Shown here: positions 18,542-26,643 of the stretch, one piece after another
Numbering within the stretch: position 1 is the first letter of the stretch
How the letters are laid out: each line of letters opens with the position of its first letter
Origin: Oculatellaceae cyanobacterium
GTDB taxonomy: Bacteria > Cyanobacteriota > Vampirovibrionia > Vampirovibrionales > Vampirovibrionaceae
Direction: 5' to 3'
DNA length: 26,643 bases
Assembly (NCBI GenBank): GCA_036702885.1
Contig: DATNQC010000293.1
Location: 1-26,643 of the forward strand
Position numbers and translations under genes: made by a program
Notes under the pieces: generated by a model
Seen by the model: only the letters and a program-made list of their open reading frames with translations
Told to the model about the DNA's origin: nothing
Databases searched by the model: none

Positions 18542-20620
18542 GTGGTATTGAAGCACGCTTCATCGTGCGGGAGTTTAGTGGAGAGAGATTCGCAGAAAGA
18601 GGCGCTGATGTCGGAGAAGCCTGAATCCAAGCTGAGCGGCAAGGGCCTGGCTAGAGCGTGGACCCGGTTTTGCGGGCGATTGTCTTCCCGAATGGATCAG
18701 TGTGCAACGGCTCTGATTCACGCTAAGAAAATTCAGATGGCGCGAAAGCCTTATGCGTCGGCTTTATCCAAAACTCGCATTACGTCGCCCGAAGATGAAA
18801 TCAAAAAGCTCCTCACCAGTGCGGTTTCTTTAAACGATGTTTGGCAGTTCTTTTTAAAGCGCTTGAAGAGCGGTAGTGCGCTGGACTTTATGTGTTTTTC
18901 CGTCCGCGATGAGCGGGGGGACTTTATTCGGGTTCGCTTTGTTTATGATGGTGTGCGAGCAGAGGAAGTCAAGGTTGACCAGGAGCCCTTTATTTCCATG
19001 CTGGAGCCTGGGAACCATCTGGCGCAATCCTATTGCCGGAAGGATACAACTTTCTCTCCTCGGCTGAATTCTCTGGGAGAGGATATTTTGGTCCTGCTGC
19101 CGGAAGCAGCTGAGCGTCTAGCTTCTGGTGATAACGCGTTTAACCTGTTCAGTGTGCCCATGATTGCCGGGGATCAGGTCATTGCTCTGCTGACGCTCGG
19201 TTTCAAGGAAATGGACTCCTTTTCTCAGGCCAAGTTGTCGTATGTCTACACGCTGCGGGATCAACTGGCACAACTGGTCTGGAATCTGATTTTGCGAGAG
19301 CGGATGCAGGTGCAAGCCCAGATTGATAACCTGACGGGCTTGCTGAGCTATACGTATTTCCAGGGCTTGCTTGATCGGGAGCTGGCAAGAGCAGATGCCT
19401 GCAATACATCTGCAACGGTCATGATTCTGGATATCAATAATATCCAGGAAATCAACCAGACCCAGGGGCACCTGGCGGGTGACGAGGCGATTTGTCACCT
19501 GGCATCCACGGTGCGGCGCCTGGTGCGTGGTGTGGATACGGTGGCCCGCTACGGCGGCGATGAAGTGGTGGTGTTGTTGCCGGATACGGGACCGCAGGCC
19601 GCTGCGGAAATTGCTCAGCGCTTTATGGAAGGCGTAAAGGTGCACCTACCCGCAGCACTGGAAGGGTTGTCCATCAGTATTGGCCATGCCTCTTACCCGG
19701 ATGACACACGCGCGCGCGATCAACTGTTGCGCTTGGCGGAACAGGCGCTGCATCTGGCGAAATTCAAGGGCGCAAAAACGGGAGAATCCACGCATATTGC
19801 CTCTGGCGAGGTGGAACGGCTGAATGACAAGACTGTGATTGAGGTGTTTGCCTCTCAAGTGGCCAAAAAATATAACAATATCCACGTGCCAAGCGTGTAT
19901 CAGGAATTGGTGACCCACATTGAGAAGAAAGCAGACAGTAAGGTCAAACCGGATGACTTGATGCTGGAAACAGTCACGTCACTGGCTGGTGCCTTGGAGG
20001 CCAAGGATCGCTACACGCGTGGACACTCTCAGGCGGTTTCAAATTATGCTGTGGCGCTGGCGCATGCTCTGAAAATGTCTCCAGCAGAGGTCGAGGAGAT
20101 TCGGGCGGCGGCTTTTCTTCACGATATCGGGAAAATTGGCATTCCTGAAAGCATTTTGTGCAAGCCTGGCCCGCTAAACGAAAAAGAATGGGAGATCATG
20201 AAGCAGCACCCGGTCATTGGGGCTCAGCAAATCTTGTATCCCGTTGCCTCCTTGCGGCCGATTATCCCCGCGGTGGAATGCCACCATGAAAACTGGGACG
20301 GCTCCGGGCATCCCTATGGGTATCGAGGTGAAAAGATTCCCTTGGGTGCGCGGATTATTTCCATTGTGGATGCGTTTCACGCGCTGACGTCTGAACGGGC
20401 CTATCGTAAAGCACTGCCGGTGTATGAGGCACGAAAGATCCTGGAAGCTGGCTCTGGAACCAAGTGGGATCCGAATCTGATTCAGATTTTCTTCAATATC
20501 CTGACAGCAGCATCCCCCCGCCTCCAGGAAAACGCAGAGGACGGGACGCCTGCCGTTTTTCGGGCAGGGCCTGTGCAGCTGAAGCTGGAAACAGCCGTGG
20601 CTGGGCTTGAAGCGATTTGA
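18542..20620 (+). CDS. GAF-like + GGDEF (GGDEV variant) + HD-GYP (GHP variant) c-di-GMP signalling protein (likely start ATG 18608)
   Basis: SVPMIAGDQVIALLTLG...DQLA (GAF-like); DNLTGL, GHLAGDEAI, RGVDTVARYGGDEV; KDRYTRGHS, HDIGKIGIP, HHENWDGSGHP, ARIISIVDAFHAL, RAYRKAL. Confidence 0.9.
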   Translation: MVLKHASSCGSLVERDSQKEALMSEKPESKLSGKGLARAWTRFCGRLSSRMDQCATALIHAKKIQMARKPYASALSKTRITSPEDEIKKLLTSAVSLNDVWQFFLKRLKSGSALDFMCFSVRDERGDFIRVRFVYDGVRAEEVKVDQEPFISMLEPGNHLAQSYCRKDTTFSPRLNSLGEDILVLLPEAAERLASGDNAFNLFSVPMIAGDQVIALLTLGFKEMDSFSQAKLSYVYTLRDQLAQLVWNLILRERMQVQAQIDNLTGLLSYTYFQGLLDRELARADACNTSATVMILDINNIQEINQTQGHLAGDEAICHLASTVRRLVRGVDTVARYGGDEVVVLLPDTGPQAAAEIAQRFMEGVKVHLPAALEGLSISIGHASYPDDTRARDQLLRLAEQALHLAKFKGAKTGESTHIASGEVERLNDKTVIEVFASQVAKKYNNIHVPSVYQELVTHIEKKADSKVKPDDLMLETVTSLAGALEAKDRYTRGHSQAVSNYAVALAHALKMSPAEVEEIRAAAFLHDIGKIGIPESILCKPGPLNEKEWEIMKQHPVIGAQQILYPVASLRPIIPAVECHHENWDGSGHPYGYRGEKIPLGARIISIVDAFHALTSERAYRKALPVYEARKILEAGSGTKWDPNLIQIFFNILTAASPRLQENAEDGTPAVFRAGPVQLKLETAVAGLEAI

Positions 20621-20626
20621 GCGTCA

Positions 20627-20655
20627 TTGATTTTGAAGTGGGTTTTCATTAGAAT
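20627..20655 (+). promoter_or_regulatory. Sigma70-type promoter for rpoZ
   Basis: TTGATT-17 nt-TAGAAT. Confidence 0.6.
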
Positions 20656-20714
20656 AGGGGTCCTGCCGCAGCCACTGTGGACAGGCCATCAATCATAGGG
20701 AGCGTTTTGACCGC

Positions 20715-20945
20715 ATGTCCACCACAATCACCCAGATTGCTTCTGACCTGAACGAAAAGGTGCCCAATCGCTATGCCCTGGTGCTTGAGATTGCCGAACT
20801 GGCCAAGCGCTTGTTGGAAGATAGCCGCGAAAAGCAAGGGCATGATCCTTTTTCCAAAGTTTCAACCTCCTCAGAGAAGGTGATTTACCAAGCCCTCATC
20901 ATGAAATCCAGTGAAATTGACATTGGCGACGGGCTGATTGGTTAA
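20715..20945 (+). CDS. rpoZ: RNA polymerase omega subunit
   Basis: DLNEKVPNRYALVLEIAELAKRL and EKVIYQAL follow the omega NRY-LV..A..A / K.V..AL pattern; 76 aa; GGGAG SD. Confidence 0.75.
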   Translation: MSTTITQIASDLNEKVPNRYALVLEIAELAKRLLEDSREKQGHDPFSKVSTSSEKVIYQALIMKSSEIDIGDGLIG

Positions 20946-20977
20946 TAAAAGCCTGCCAGGCTTCATTGAAAATTTTG

Positions 20978-21008
20978 AAAAGGCGATCGGATTTCAGATC
21001 GCCTTTTT
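20978..21008 (+). terminator. Intrinsic terminator after rpoZ
   Basis: aaaaggcgatc-ggatttca-gatcgcctttt followed by t. Confidence 0.85.
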
Positions 21009-21085
21009 GCCGTAGAAGCGCATGGGATACGGGGTTTACGTATTGTTACAAGGGGGGTGATCCGGTTGGGCTTCTGTCGCGTCAT

Positions 21086-21094
21086 TGCTATAAT
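21086..21094 (+). promoter_or_regulatory. Extended -10 promoter (TG-C-TATAAT) for the small ORF/TPR unit
   Basis: Exact TGnTATAAT downstream of the rpoZ terminator. Confidence 0.55.
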
Positions 21095-21322
21095 AAATAC
21101 AGGAAGTGAAGAGGAAAAAAGATAGACTCGCTGAAGGGTTTTTCAGAAAGAAAAGAGGGCTAAGATGCCAACTGTGAGAGATGGCATCAGCTTGCATATG
21201 TCATACCGTAAGACAAAATGCCCTTTGGGGGTTTGAGAGACCATAGAGACAATTTCAATTTTTGGTGCCGTTTACTGACTATCCACAATCCCTTGTACTG
21301 CAAGAAAGAGGAGTGTTTTTGC

Positions 21323-21514
21323 ATGAATCGGCCCGTGAGACGATACATGGAAAAATTTGAGGCAGCCGATATGTCCGGGGGGAAACACCACGCACGTCGT
21401 TTGCCTCGTTTTCGAGGCAATAATCGGGATTTTCTGGAATACCTCAGTAGTTACTCCGAAGAGGATTTGGAAAAAGATTGGATTGATCGCATTATCGAAG
21501 ACGAATTGGAGTAG
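21323..21514 (+). CDS. Small hypothetical protein (63 aa)
   Basis: AGAGGAG SD 9 nt before the ATG; basic N-half and acidic C-half; 58 nt before the TPR gene. Confidence 0.6.
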   Translation: MNRPVRRYMEKFEAADMSGGKHHARRLPRFRGNNRDFLEYLSSYSEEDLEKDWIDRIIEDELE

Positions 21515-21572
21515 CGATTTCAGCATTGGTTTCGTTTGAAAGGGACAGAGAGAGCTTGCCGTCAAGCTCTCT

Positions 21573-23501
21573 TTGGTCTTTGATAAAAGAATGAAAAAAA
21601 CGATCCGCCATTTTCTGGATAAGATCGTCCGCTATAACCAAGTGGTGGAAGATTACCGGCGTGCGACGGAGGCGACGCCGGATCCGGCGCTGGCTTATGT
21701 GAACTGGGGGATTGATTTAGCCCAATCTGGGCAAATGGATGCGGCGATTGAAAAATTCCGTCAGGCCAGTGAAATTGCGCCGCATCGCTACGAACCGTAT
21801 TTGAACTGGGGTGTTGCGCTTGCCCGGATGAACCGGGTGGACGAAGCCATTGAAAAATTCAAGATTGCCATTGAAAAAGATGAGCGCGTGGCCGGTCCCT
21901 ATATGTTATGGGGCGCTGCCTTACTGGAGGAGGGGAAATTGGCCGAGGCGCAGGAAAAATACGCCAAAGCCATTGAACTGGCCCCGGATAATCCGGAACC
22001 TTACGTAAATCGTGGTATCGCTTTCGCACGCTCCGGCAATTACCCGGCGGCAATTGCAAATTTTAAACAGGCATTGACCATTCATGGATATCAGCCGCAT
22101 GTGTTTTTCCTGTGGGGCGTCGTGTTGGCCGAAATGCAGGATTACGAGAGCGCGGTTGAAAAATTTAATATGACGCTGCGTTTTATTCCTCAACATGCGG
22201 AAGCGTATGCCTTGCTCAGTGTGGCGCTGAATCGTTTGGGGCGTTTTAAGGAAGCGCTGGAAAAATCCCGCAAGGCTTTGGCCCTGAACTTGGAAAAACC
22301 GGAAGTTTACCTGAATCAGGGGGATATTCTGGCCAATATGGGCAAGTTGGAAACGGCGATTGTGAATTATCAACAGGCGCTCGCCTTGTCGCCGGAGCTG
22401 GCGGAAGCCCATTTGAACTGGGGTGTTGCGCTTTGCAAACTGGGGCAATACGCAGCAGGCTATGAACAATTCAGCAAGGCGCTGTCGCTGGATGAAAAAC
22501 TGCCGGACCTGCATCGTCACTGGGGGCACTTCTTGCTGACGGAACAGCGTTATGAGGAATCTATTCCGCATTTGGAAAAGGCGGCAGAGGCCACGCCTGA
22601 TGATATTTCGGTGTTACTGGATCTTTCCATGGCCCTCATCAAGACAGAGCGCTTCCAAGATGCGATTAATTTGCTGTTTGAAATCGAGAAAAAAGATCGC
22701 TGGAATCCCAAGGTTCACTATATGCTGGGCACGCACTTTATGGGCGCTGGTGATCTGCGCAAGGCGGCATCGCATTTTGAGAAGGCTTTGGAGGAATCGC
22801 CCGACTTTGAGGATGCCTCTATTAATCTGGCGCTAGTGCTGTGTGAACTGGGTGATACGGTGGAGGCCGTTCGCCGGATGAGGCCCTTGATCCGGAAGCT
22901 GCCGGATTCTCCCCGGGTGAATTTTTTCTATGGGACCATTTTATACCGGCATGGGGATTATCAAGAGGCGTTGGCAAAGTATTGCAAGGCCATTGAGGTG
23001 GATCCGGAATACCTGGAGCCTCGGATTGGGCTGGGTGAAACGTATTTGCGGCTGGGTCGGTTGGATGAAGCCGAGCAGGCGCTGCGTGATGTCCTATCGG
23101 CTCACCCGGATTCTACACCAGCCTTGTTTTTACTCGGCATGACGCTTCTCCGGAAAGGGAGCGTGGCGGATTCTGAAGTCAGCCGGACGCTTTACCAGGA
23201 GGCACGGGCTTTTTTTGAACGTTTGGTGGCTTTAGAGCCGAAGCACTGGGACGCCTGGGCCAATCGCGCTTATTTAATCGGTCTGCTGGAGTCGGTAGAT
23301 GCGATGAATCAGGCCTTTGAAGGGTTTTTAACGGATGCGGGCGAGGATTTGCGTGCGGTGATTCTGTATTACTGGAGTGAAGCGCTGAAACGCTTGGGGC
23401 ATGCGGATGCAGCAAGTCAAAAGCGGCAGGCGGCGCTGGATGCCGATCCCCTGATTGAAACTCAGATGTCGCATTTGTTGGACCTACCGGATGCGCTATA
23501 A
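21573..23501 (+). CDS. Large tetratricopeptide repeat (TPR) protein
   Basis: Many 34-aa repeats of the type AYVNWGIDLAQSGQMDAAIEKFRQASEIAP / AHLNWGVALCKLGQYAAGYEQFSKALSLD spanning nearly the whole ORF. Confidence 0.93.
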   Translation: MVFDKRMKKTIRHFLDKIVRYNQVVEDYRRATEATPDPALAYVNWGIDLAQSGQMDAAIEKFRQASEIAPHRYEPYLNWGVALARMNRVDEAIEKFKIAIEKDERVAGPYMLWGAALLEEGKLAEAQEKYAKAIELAPDNPEPYVNRGIAFARSGNYPAAIANFKQALTIHGYQPHVFFLWGVVLAEMQDYESAVEKFNMTLRFIPQHAEAYALLSVALNRLGRFKEALEKSRKALALNLEKPEVYLNQGDILANMGKLETAIVNYQQALALSPELAEAHLNWGVALCKLGQYAAGYEQFSKALSLDEKLPDLHRHWGHFLLTEQRYEESIPHLEKAAEATPDDISVLLDLSMALIKTERFQDAINLLFEIEKKDRWNPKVHYMLGTHFMGAGDLRKAASHFEKALEESPDFEDASINLALVLCELGDTVEAVRRMRPLIRKLPDSPRVNFFYGTILYRHGDYQEALAKYCKAIEVDPEYLEPRIGLGETYLRLGRLDEAEQALRDVLSAHPDSTPALFLLGMTLLRKGSVADSEVSRTLYQEARAFFERLVALEPKHWDAWANRAYLIGLLESVDAMNQAFEGFLTDAGEDLRAVILYYWSEALKRLGHADAASQKRQAALDADPLIETQMSHLLDLPDAL

Positions 23502-23538
23502 TGACGCCATATCATTATGGCTGGAGAGGTCTATCTTC

Positions 23539-24297
23539 ATGAAAGGTCTAGAAGCTTTTAAAGCGGCAATTGCAGAGCGTCGTGCGGTGAAGGTGATTGC
23601 CGGTATCGCAAATTTTGATGTGGAGAACGTGTTGGCTGTCGCCCGTACTGCTGAAGCCGCCGGTGCGCATGCTGTGGACGTGGCTGCTCGTCCTGAAATC
23701 ATCAAAGCGGTTCGTGGTGTTACTTCTGCCTCTATTGTGGCATCCAGCGTGTCTCCCGTGGAATTGGCCGAAGCGGTGGCTGCCGGTGCAGATGCCGTTG
23801 AATTGGGTAACTTCGACGCCCTGTACGATCAAGGTTTGTTCCTGAGCGCAGATGATGTGCTGAAACTGGCTGAAGAAACGGTGACGCTGGTTGCTGGCAA
23901 AGCACTGGTTTGCATCACGATTCCTGGTCACCTGACGCCGGAAAGCCAGGCTCAGCTTGTTCAAAAGCTGGAAACGCTCGGTGTGGATCTGATCCAGACG
24001 GAAGGCGCTGCCCGTGTACTTGCTGCAGAACCGGTCGTGAAGTCCCTCTCTCAGGAAGAAAAAGAAGTCCTGACGCTGCGCAATACCAAAGTGTTGGTCA
24101 ATGCAACCCGCCTGCCGGTGATGACCGCAAGCGGACTGACTGCTGACAACGTGGCCAAGGCTTTTGAAGCTGGTGCGGCTGCCGTGGGCATCGGCTCTTA
24201 CATCAACAAGGTGGCTAGCGAAGCTGACATGATTCAGCGCGCGAAAGCTGTGATGGAAAGCCTTCCTCTGCCTTTGGTTCAGGCAAAAGCTTGCTAA
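23539..24297 (+). CDS. DUF561 / Ycf23 family TIM-barrel protein
   Basis: KVIAGIANFD, VDVAARP, AGADAVELGNFDALY, CITIPGHL, GVDLIQTEG, ASGLT, GAAAVGIGS; GGAGAGG SD; TATAAT at 23497-23502. Confidence 0.85.
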   Translation: MKGLEAFKAAIAERRAVKVIAGIANFDVENVLAVARTAEAAGAHAVDVAARPEIIKAVRGVTSASIVASSVSPVELAEAVAAGADAVELGNFDALYDQGLFLSADDVLKLAEETVTLVAGKALVCITIPGHLTPESQAQLVQKLETLGVDLIQTEGAARVLAAEPVVKSLSQEEKEVLTLRNTKVLVNATRLPVMTASGLTADNVAKAFEAGAAAVGIGSYINKVASEADMIQRAKAVMESLPLPLVQAKAC

Positions 24298-24319
24298 GAA
24301 GGAGCCTTTTTAACTGATG

Positions 24320-24352
24320 AAAAGCCGGGTCTATTATGAGGCCCGGCTTTTT
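24320..24352 (+). terminator. Intrinsic (probably bidirectional) terminator after the Ycf23 gene
   Basis: aaaagccggg...cccggcttttt. Confidence 0.85.
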
Positions 24353-24504
24353 AGATTTGAAAACTTTTTATTAAAAAAGCAAGTAAAAAATTGCTAAAAA
24401 AGGGCCTCTGCGTTGAAGATGCTCTCCTCTGGTCTTTCCCCTCTTTTCATAAAAATTTAAATAAATCCCATGTACCATAGGAAGGGTTTTGCTATAATGA
24501 TCTC

Positions 24505-24700
24505 CGCGAAAGTTAAACAAAAACGAACTACTCAATTCTCCAGCTTTACCAAACGAACACACCTACTACTACACTATGTCATCTCCTCTAATTGGGTAAA
24601 GCTGTTTTTCTTTCGGAGCGTGGAATGCGAACGATAACCAACGAACCCAAAGAAAAACATGTGGGAATAATCGGGTAGGCTTAAAAAGCCGGACTTTTTT
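24505..24700 (+). ncRNA. Candidate structured sRNA or 5' leader upstream of uppS (no family recognised)
   Basis: TG-C-TATAAT at 24490-24498; perfect 10-bp and 11-bp inverted repeats; three AACGAAC copies; weak hairpin plus T run at the 3' end. Confidence 0.35.
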
Positions 24701-24739
24701 ATTACTGCGTTTGAAAGCGGTTTCGGTATAATGGCGGGC

Positions 24740-25480
24740 ATGAGTCTTTTATCTGCACAAGCCGAAACCGCTCAGTTAATCCGGGAATGCAAGCTGCGTC
24801 ATGTGGCCTGCATTATGGATGGCAACCGCCGCTGGGCCAAAAAGCGCTTTCTGCCAACCTTGATGGGGCATCGGCAGGGCTTGGAGGCCCTCAAGGCCTT
24901 GGTGCGCTATGTGGGCGATGCGGGTCTGGAGGCTCTGACCGTGTATGCCTTTTCCACTGAGAATTGGCAGCGCAGCGAAGAAGAGGTGGGCTATCTGCTC
25001 AAGCTGTTCCTGGAAGCGTTGGCGGCAGAGCTGGATGAGCTACACCGGAATAATGTCCGCATTCGATTTATTGGGGATTTATCACTGTTTCCACCCGCAT
25101 TGTCGGACTTGATGCAAACGGCTCAAGACAAAACAGCGGATAATTCTGGGCTCAAGCTGCAGGTGGCGGTGAATTACGGGGCGCGTCGGGAAATTGTGCA
25201 GGCGGCTCAACGATTGGCGCAAGATGTACAGGCGGGGCGGCTAAAACCGGAAGATATTACGGATAGTCTGCTGGAAGCATATCTGTATACGGCGGGCTTG
25301 CCGGAACTGGATCTGCTGATTCGCACGGGTGGCGATTCTCGTGTCAGTAACTATCTGCTGTGGCAGGCGGCTTATGCGGAGCTGTATTTTACCGAGACAC
25401 TCTGGCCGGATTTTAGCTCGGCTTGCTTTGATGCCGCCGTCCAGGAATTTGCCCGGCGAGAGCGCCGATACGGGCAATAA
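24740..25480 (+). CDS. uppS: Undecaprenyl/isoprenyl diphosphate synthase (alternative in-frame ATG at 24731)
   Basis: HVACIMDGNRRWAK, LTVYAFSTENWQRS, VAVNYGAR, DLLIRTGGDSRVSNYLLWQAAYAELYF, LWPDF, RERRYG. Confidence 0.97.
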   Translation: MSLLSAQAETAQLIRECKLRHVACIMDGNRRWAKKRFLPTLMGHRQGLEALKALVRYVGDAGLEALTVYAFSTENWQRSEEEVGYLLKLFLEALAAELDELHRNNVRIRFIGDLSLFPPALSDLMQTAQDKTADNSGLKLQVAVNYGARREIVQAAQRLAQDVQAGRLKPEDITDSLLEAYLYTAGLPELDLLIRTGGDSRVSNYLLWQAAYAELYFTETLWPDFSSACFDAAVQEFARRERRYGQ

Positions 25481-25497
25481 GCGGTAATCGGGCAATA

Positions 25498-26316
25498 TTA
25501 CTGGGGTTTTCGATTGCTTTTGTTTTGAGTGAGCGTGAGTAAGGCAATTTCTGGGTGGGTATTAAAGCGAAAGCGGGGAAAGCCAATCCGTTTTTTCTTG
25601 AGGTAAAAGGCTGCAGAACCAACGCCGCTGGTCACATGCATCTGGCAGCCGTTCTTTTCAAACAGGCCGTAGCGGTACTTCATGCGGAAGATTTTCCGGT
25701 AAATAGGGCCTAAAACGGGAATGTATACGTGTCCGGCATGGGTATGCCCGGAAAGCACGAGATCCACGCGCTCCGAAAACGCATGGGCAATGGGATCAAA
25801 CAGAAGCGGGTTGTGGGCCAGTACTACGGTTGCTTGATTGGATGGAATCCCTTCCAGCCCCTTGGCGATGTCCGGTATGCCGTACCAAAGGTCATCTAGC
25901 CCAGCAAAATGCAAGGCGTTTCCATGCCGTTCGATGGAGGCATTTTCATTTCGCAGGAACGTATACCCGCATTCCTGGAGGGTTGCCCCTATTTGCGCTC
26001 CCTCAGCCCCGTCATGAAAGTCATGATTGCCGATGATGGCGAATTTGTGGCTAGCTTCAATCCGGGATAAAAACGCGGCGGCTTGGCTAATGTATTTTTC
26101 CCCGTAGTGGACAATGTCGCCGGTAAGGGCAATCGCATCCGATGCGCTGTCATTGATGATATCCGCGACCCGCGCGTAATAATCCGGGTCTGTATATTCA
26201 TAAAAATGCAGATCAGACAGGTGGATTAAGCGAAAGCCATCAAAGGCTTCCGGTAATCGAGGGAGAGTAATGGTTCGCTCGGTCAGGCGAAGCGCATTGT
26301 GAGTTAGGAAAGGCAT
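25498..26316 (-). CDS. Calcineurin-like metallophosphoesterase (YkuE/YaeI-like)
   Basis: HLSDLH, LTGDIV, GNHD, LAHNP, LSGHTHAG. Confidence 0.92.
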   Translation of the reverse strand: MPFLTHNALRLTERTITLPRLPEAFDGFRLIHLSDLHFYEYTDPDYYARVADIINDSASDAIALTGDIVHYGEKYISQAAAFLSRIEASHKFAIIGNHDFHDGAEGAQIGATLQECGYTFLRNENASIERHGNALHFAGLDDLWYGIPDIAKGLEGIPSNQATVVLAHNPLLFDPIAHAFSERVDLVLSGHTHAGHVYIPVLGPIYRKIFRMKYRYGLFEKNGCQMHVTSGVGSAAFYLKKKRIGFPRFRFNTHPEIALLTLTQNKSNRKPQ

Positions 26317-26374
26317 ACGGGTATTTTAACCCGTTCGTTGAACAAACGGGCGTAATTTGTCACGAGTGGGCGTG

Positions 26375-26643
26375 TTACTTGGAGAAAAACTGGTTGATGG
26401 TGTTGATGACGACGGGACCCATCAGGATGATGAACAGAGGGGGGAAAATGAAAAACACCAACGGGAAGGTCATTTTAATACTTGCCTTGGATGCCAGTTC
26501 CTCTGCGCGCTGACGCCGCTTGGTGCGTAGGTCGTCCGCGAAGACCCGCAAGGTGTCGGCGATGCTGGTCCCCATCTTGTCGGATTGAATAATCATGGCG
26601 CACAGCGACCGCAGTTCATCAACGCCAGCGCGCTGTCCCAGGT
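26375..26643 (-). CDS. tadC: Tad pilus assembly protein TadC (T2SSF family), 3' end only
   Basis: [48 protein letters not shown]...[21 protein letters not shown]; the frame is open to the window end. Confidence 0.88.
   Translation of the reverse strand, partial: LGQRAGVDELRSLCAMIIQSDKMGTSIADTLRVFADDLRTKRRQRAEELASKASIKMTFPLVFFIFPPLFIILMGPVVINTINQFFSK

Noticed and set aside
21140-21200. GGGCTAAG...ATGGCATCAG resembling the second hairpin of a c-di-GMP-I riboswitch
   Set aside because: The required upstream GGCAAA, GAAA-tetraloop and GACGCAAAG elements are absent
21921-22571. 216-aa minus-strand ORF
   Set aside because: Antisense shadow of the TPR gene
24574-24590. Minus-strand AGAGGAG followed by ATG-ACA-TAG or GTG-TAG mini-ORFs
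   Set aside because: Spacing is wrong or the stop is immediate; better read as an anti-SD motif on the plus strand

Overview
Mostly housekeeping DNA of a moderately GC-rich bacterium. The gene set (Ycf23/DUF561, a short zinc-type S14, Tad TadC, tdh-kbl and gdhA amino-acid catabolism, no photosynthesis genes) suggests a non-photosynthetic cyanobacterial relative such as Vampirovibrionia/Melainabacteria; this assignment is inference. Gene order: end of the spc ribosomal-protein operon (rplE, rpsN, rpsH, rplF, rplR, then a terminator with no rpsE), minCDE, an AT-rich islet, gdhA, an RqcP/YabO-like S4 protein, a hypothetical protein, eno, hpf, DUF4870, DUF58, DUF429, ychF, a tandem-HEPN protein, tdh-kbl, a GAF-GGDEF-HD-GYP protein, rpoZ, a small ORF, a TPR protein, Ycf23, uppS, a metallophosphoesterase and the 3' end of tadC. 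Two accessory elements stand out. (1) A two-gene RiPP islet: a 97-aa precursor ending in (WxKK)3-SGRW next to a GrrM/OscB-like cyclophane-forming radical SAM/SPASM gene that is split by a +1 frameshift in an A7T5 tract. (2) A single-chain protein with two DUF86/HepT-like HEPN domains; both keep RX4H, both lack the Tyr normally AMPylated by the antitoxin, and no MNT gene is adjacent. A structured sRNA or leader candidate lies upstream of uppS. All family assignments come from motif recognition; no database search was run.
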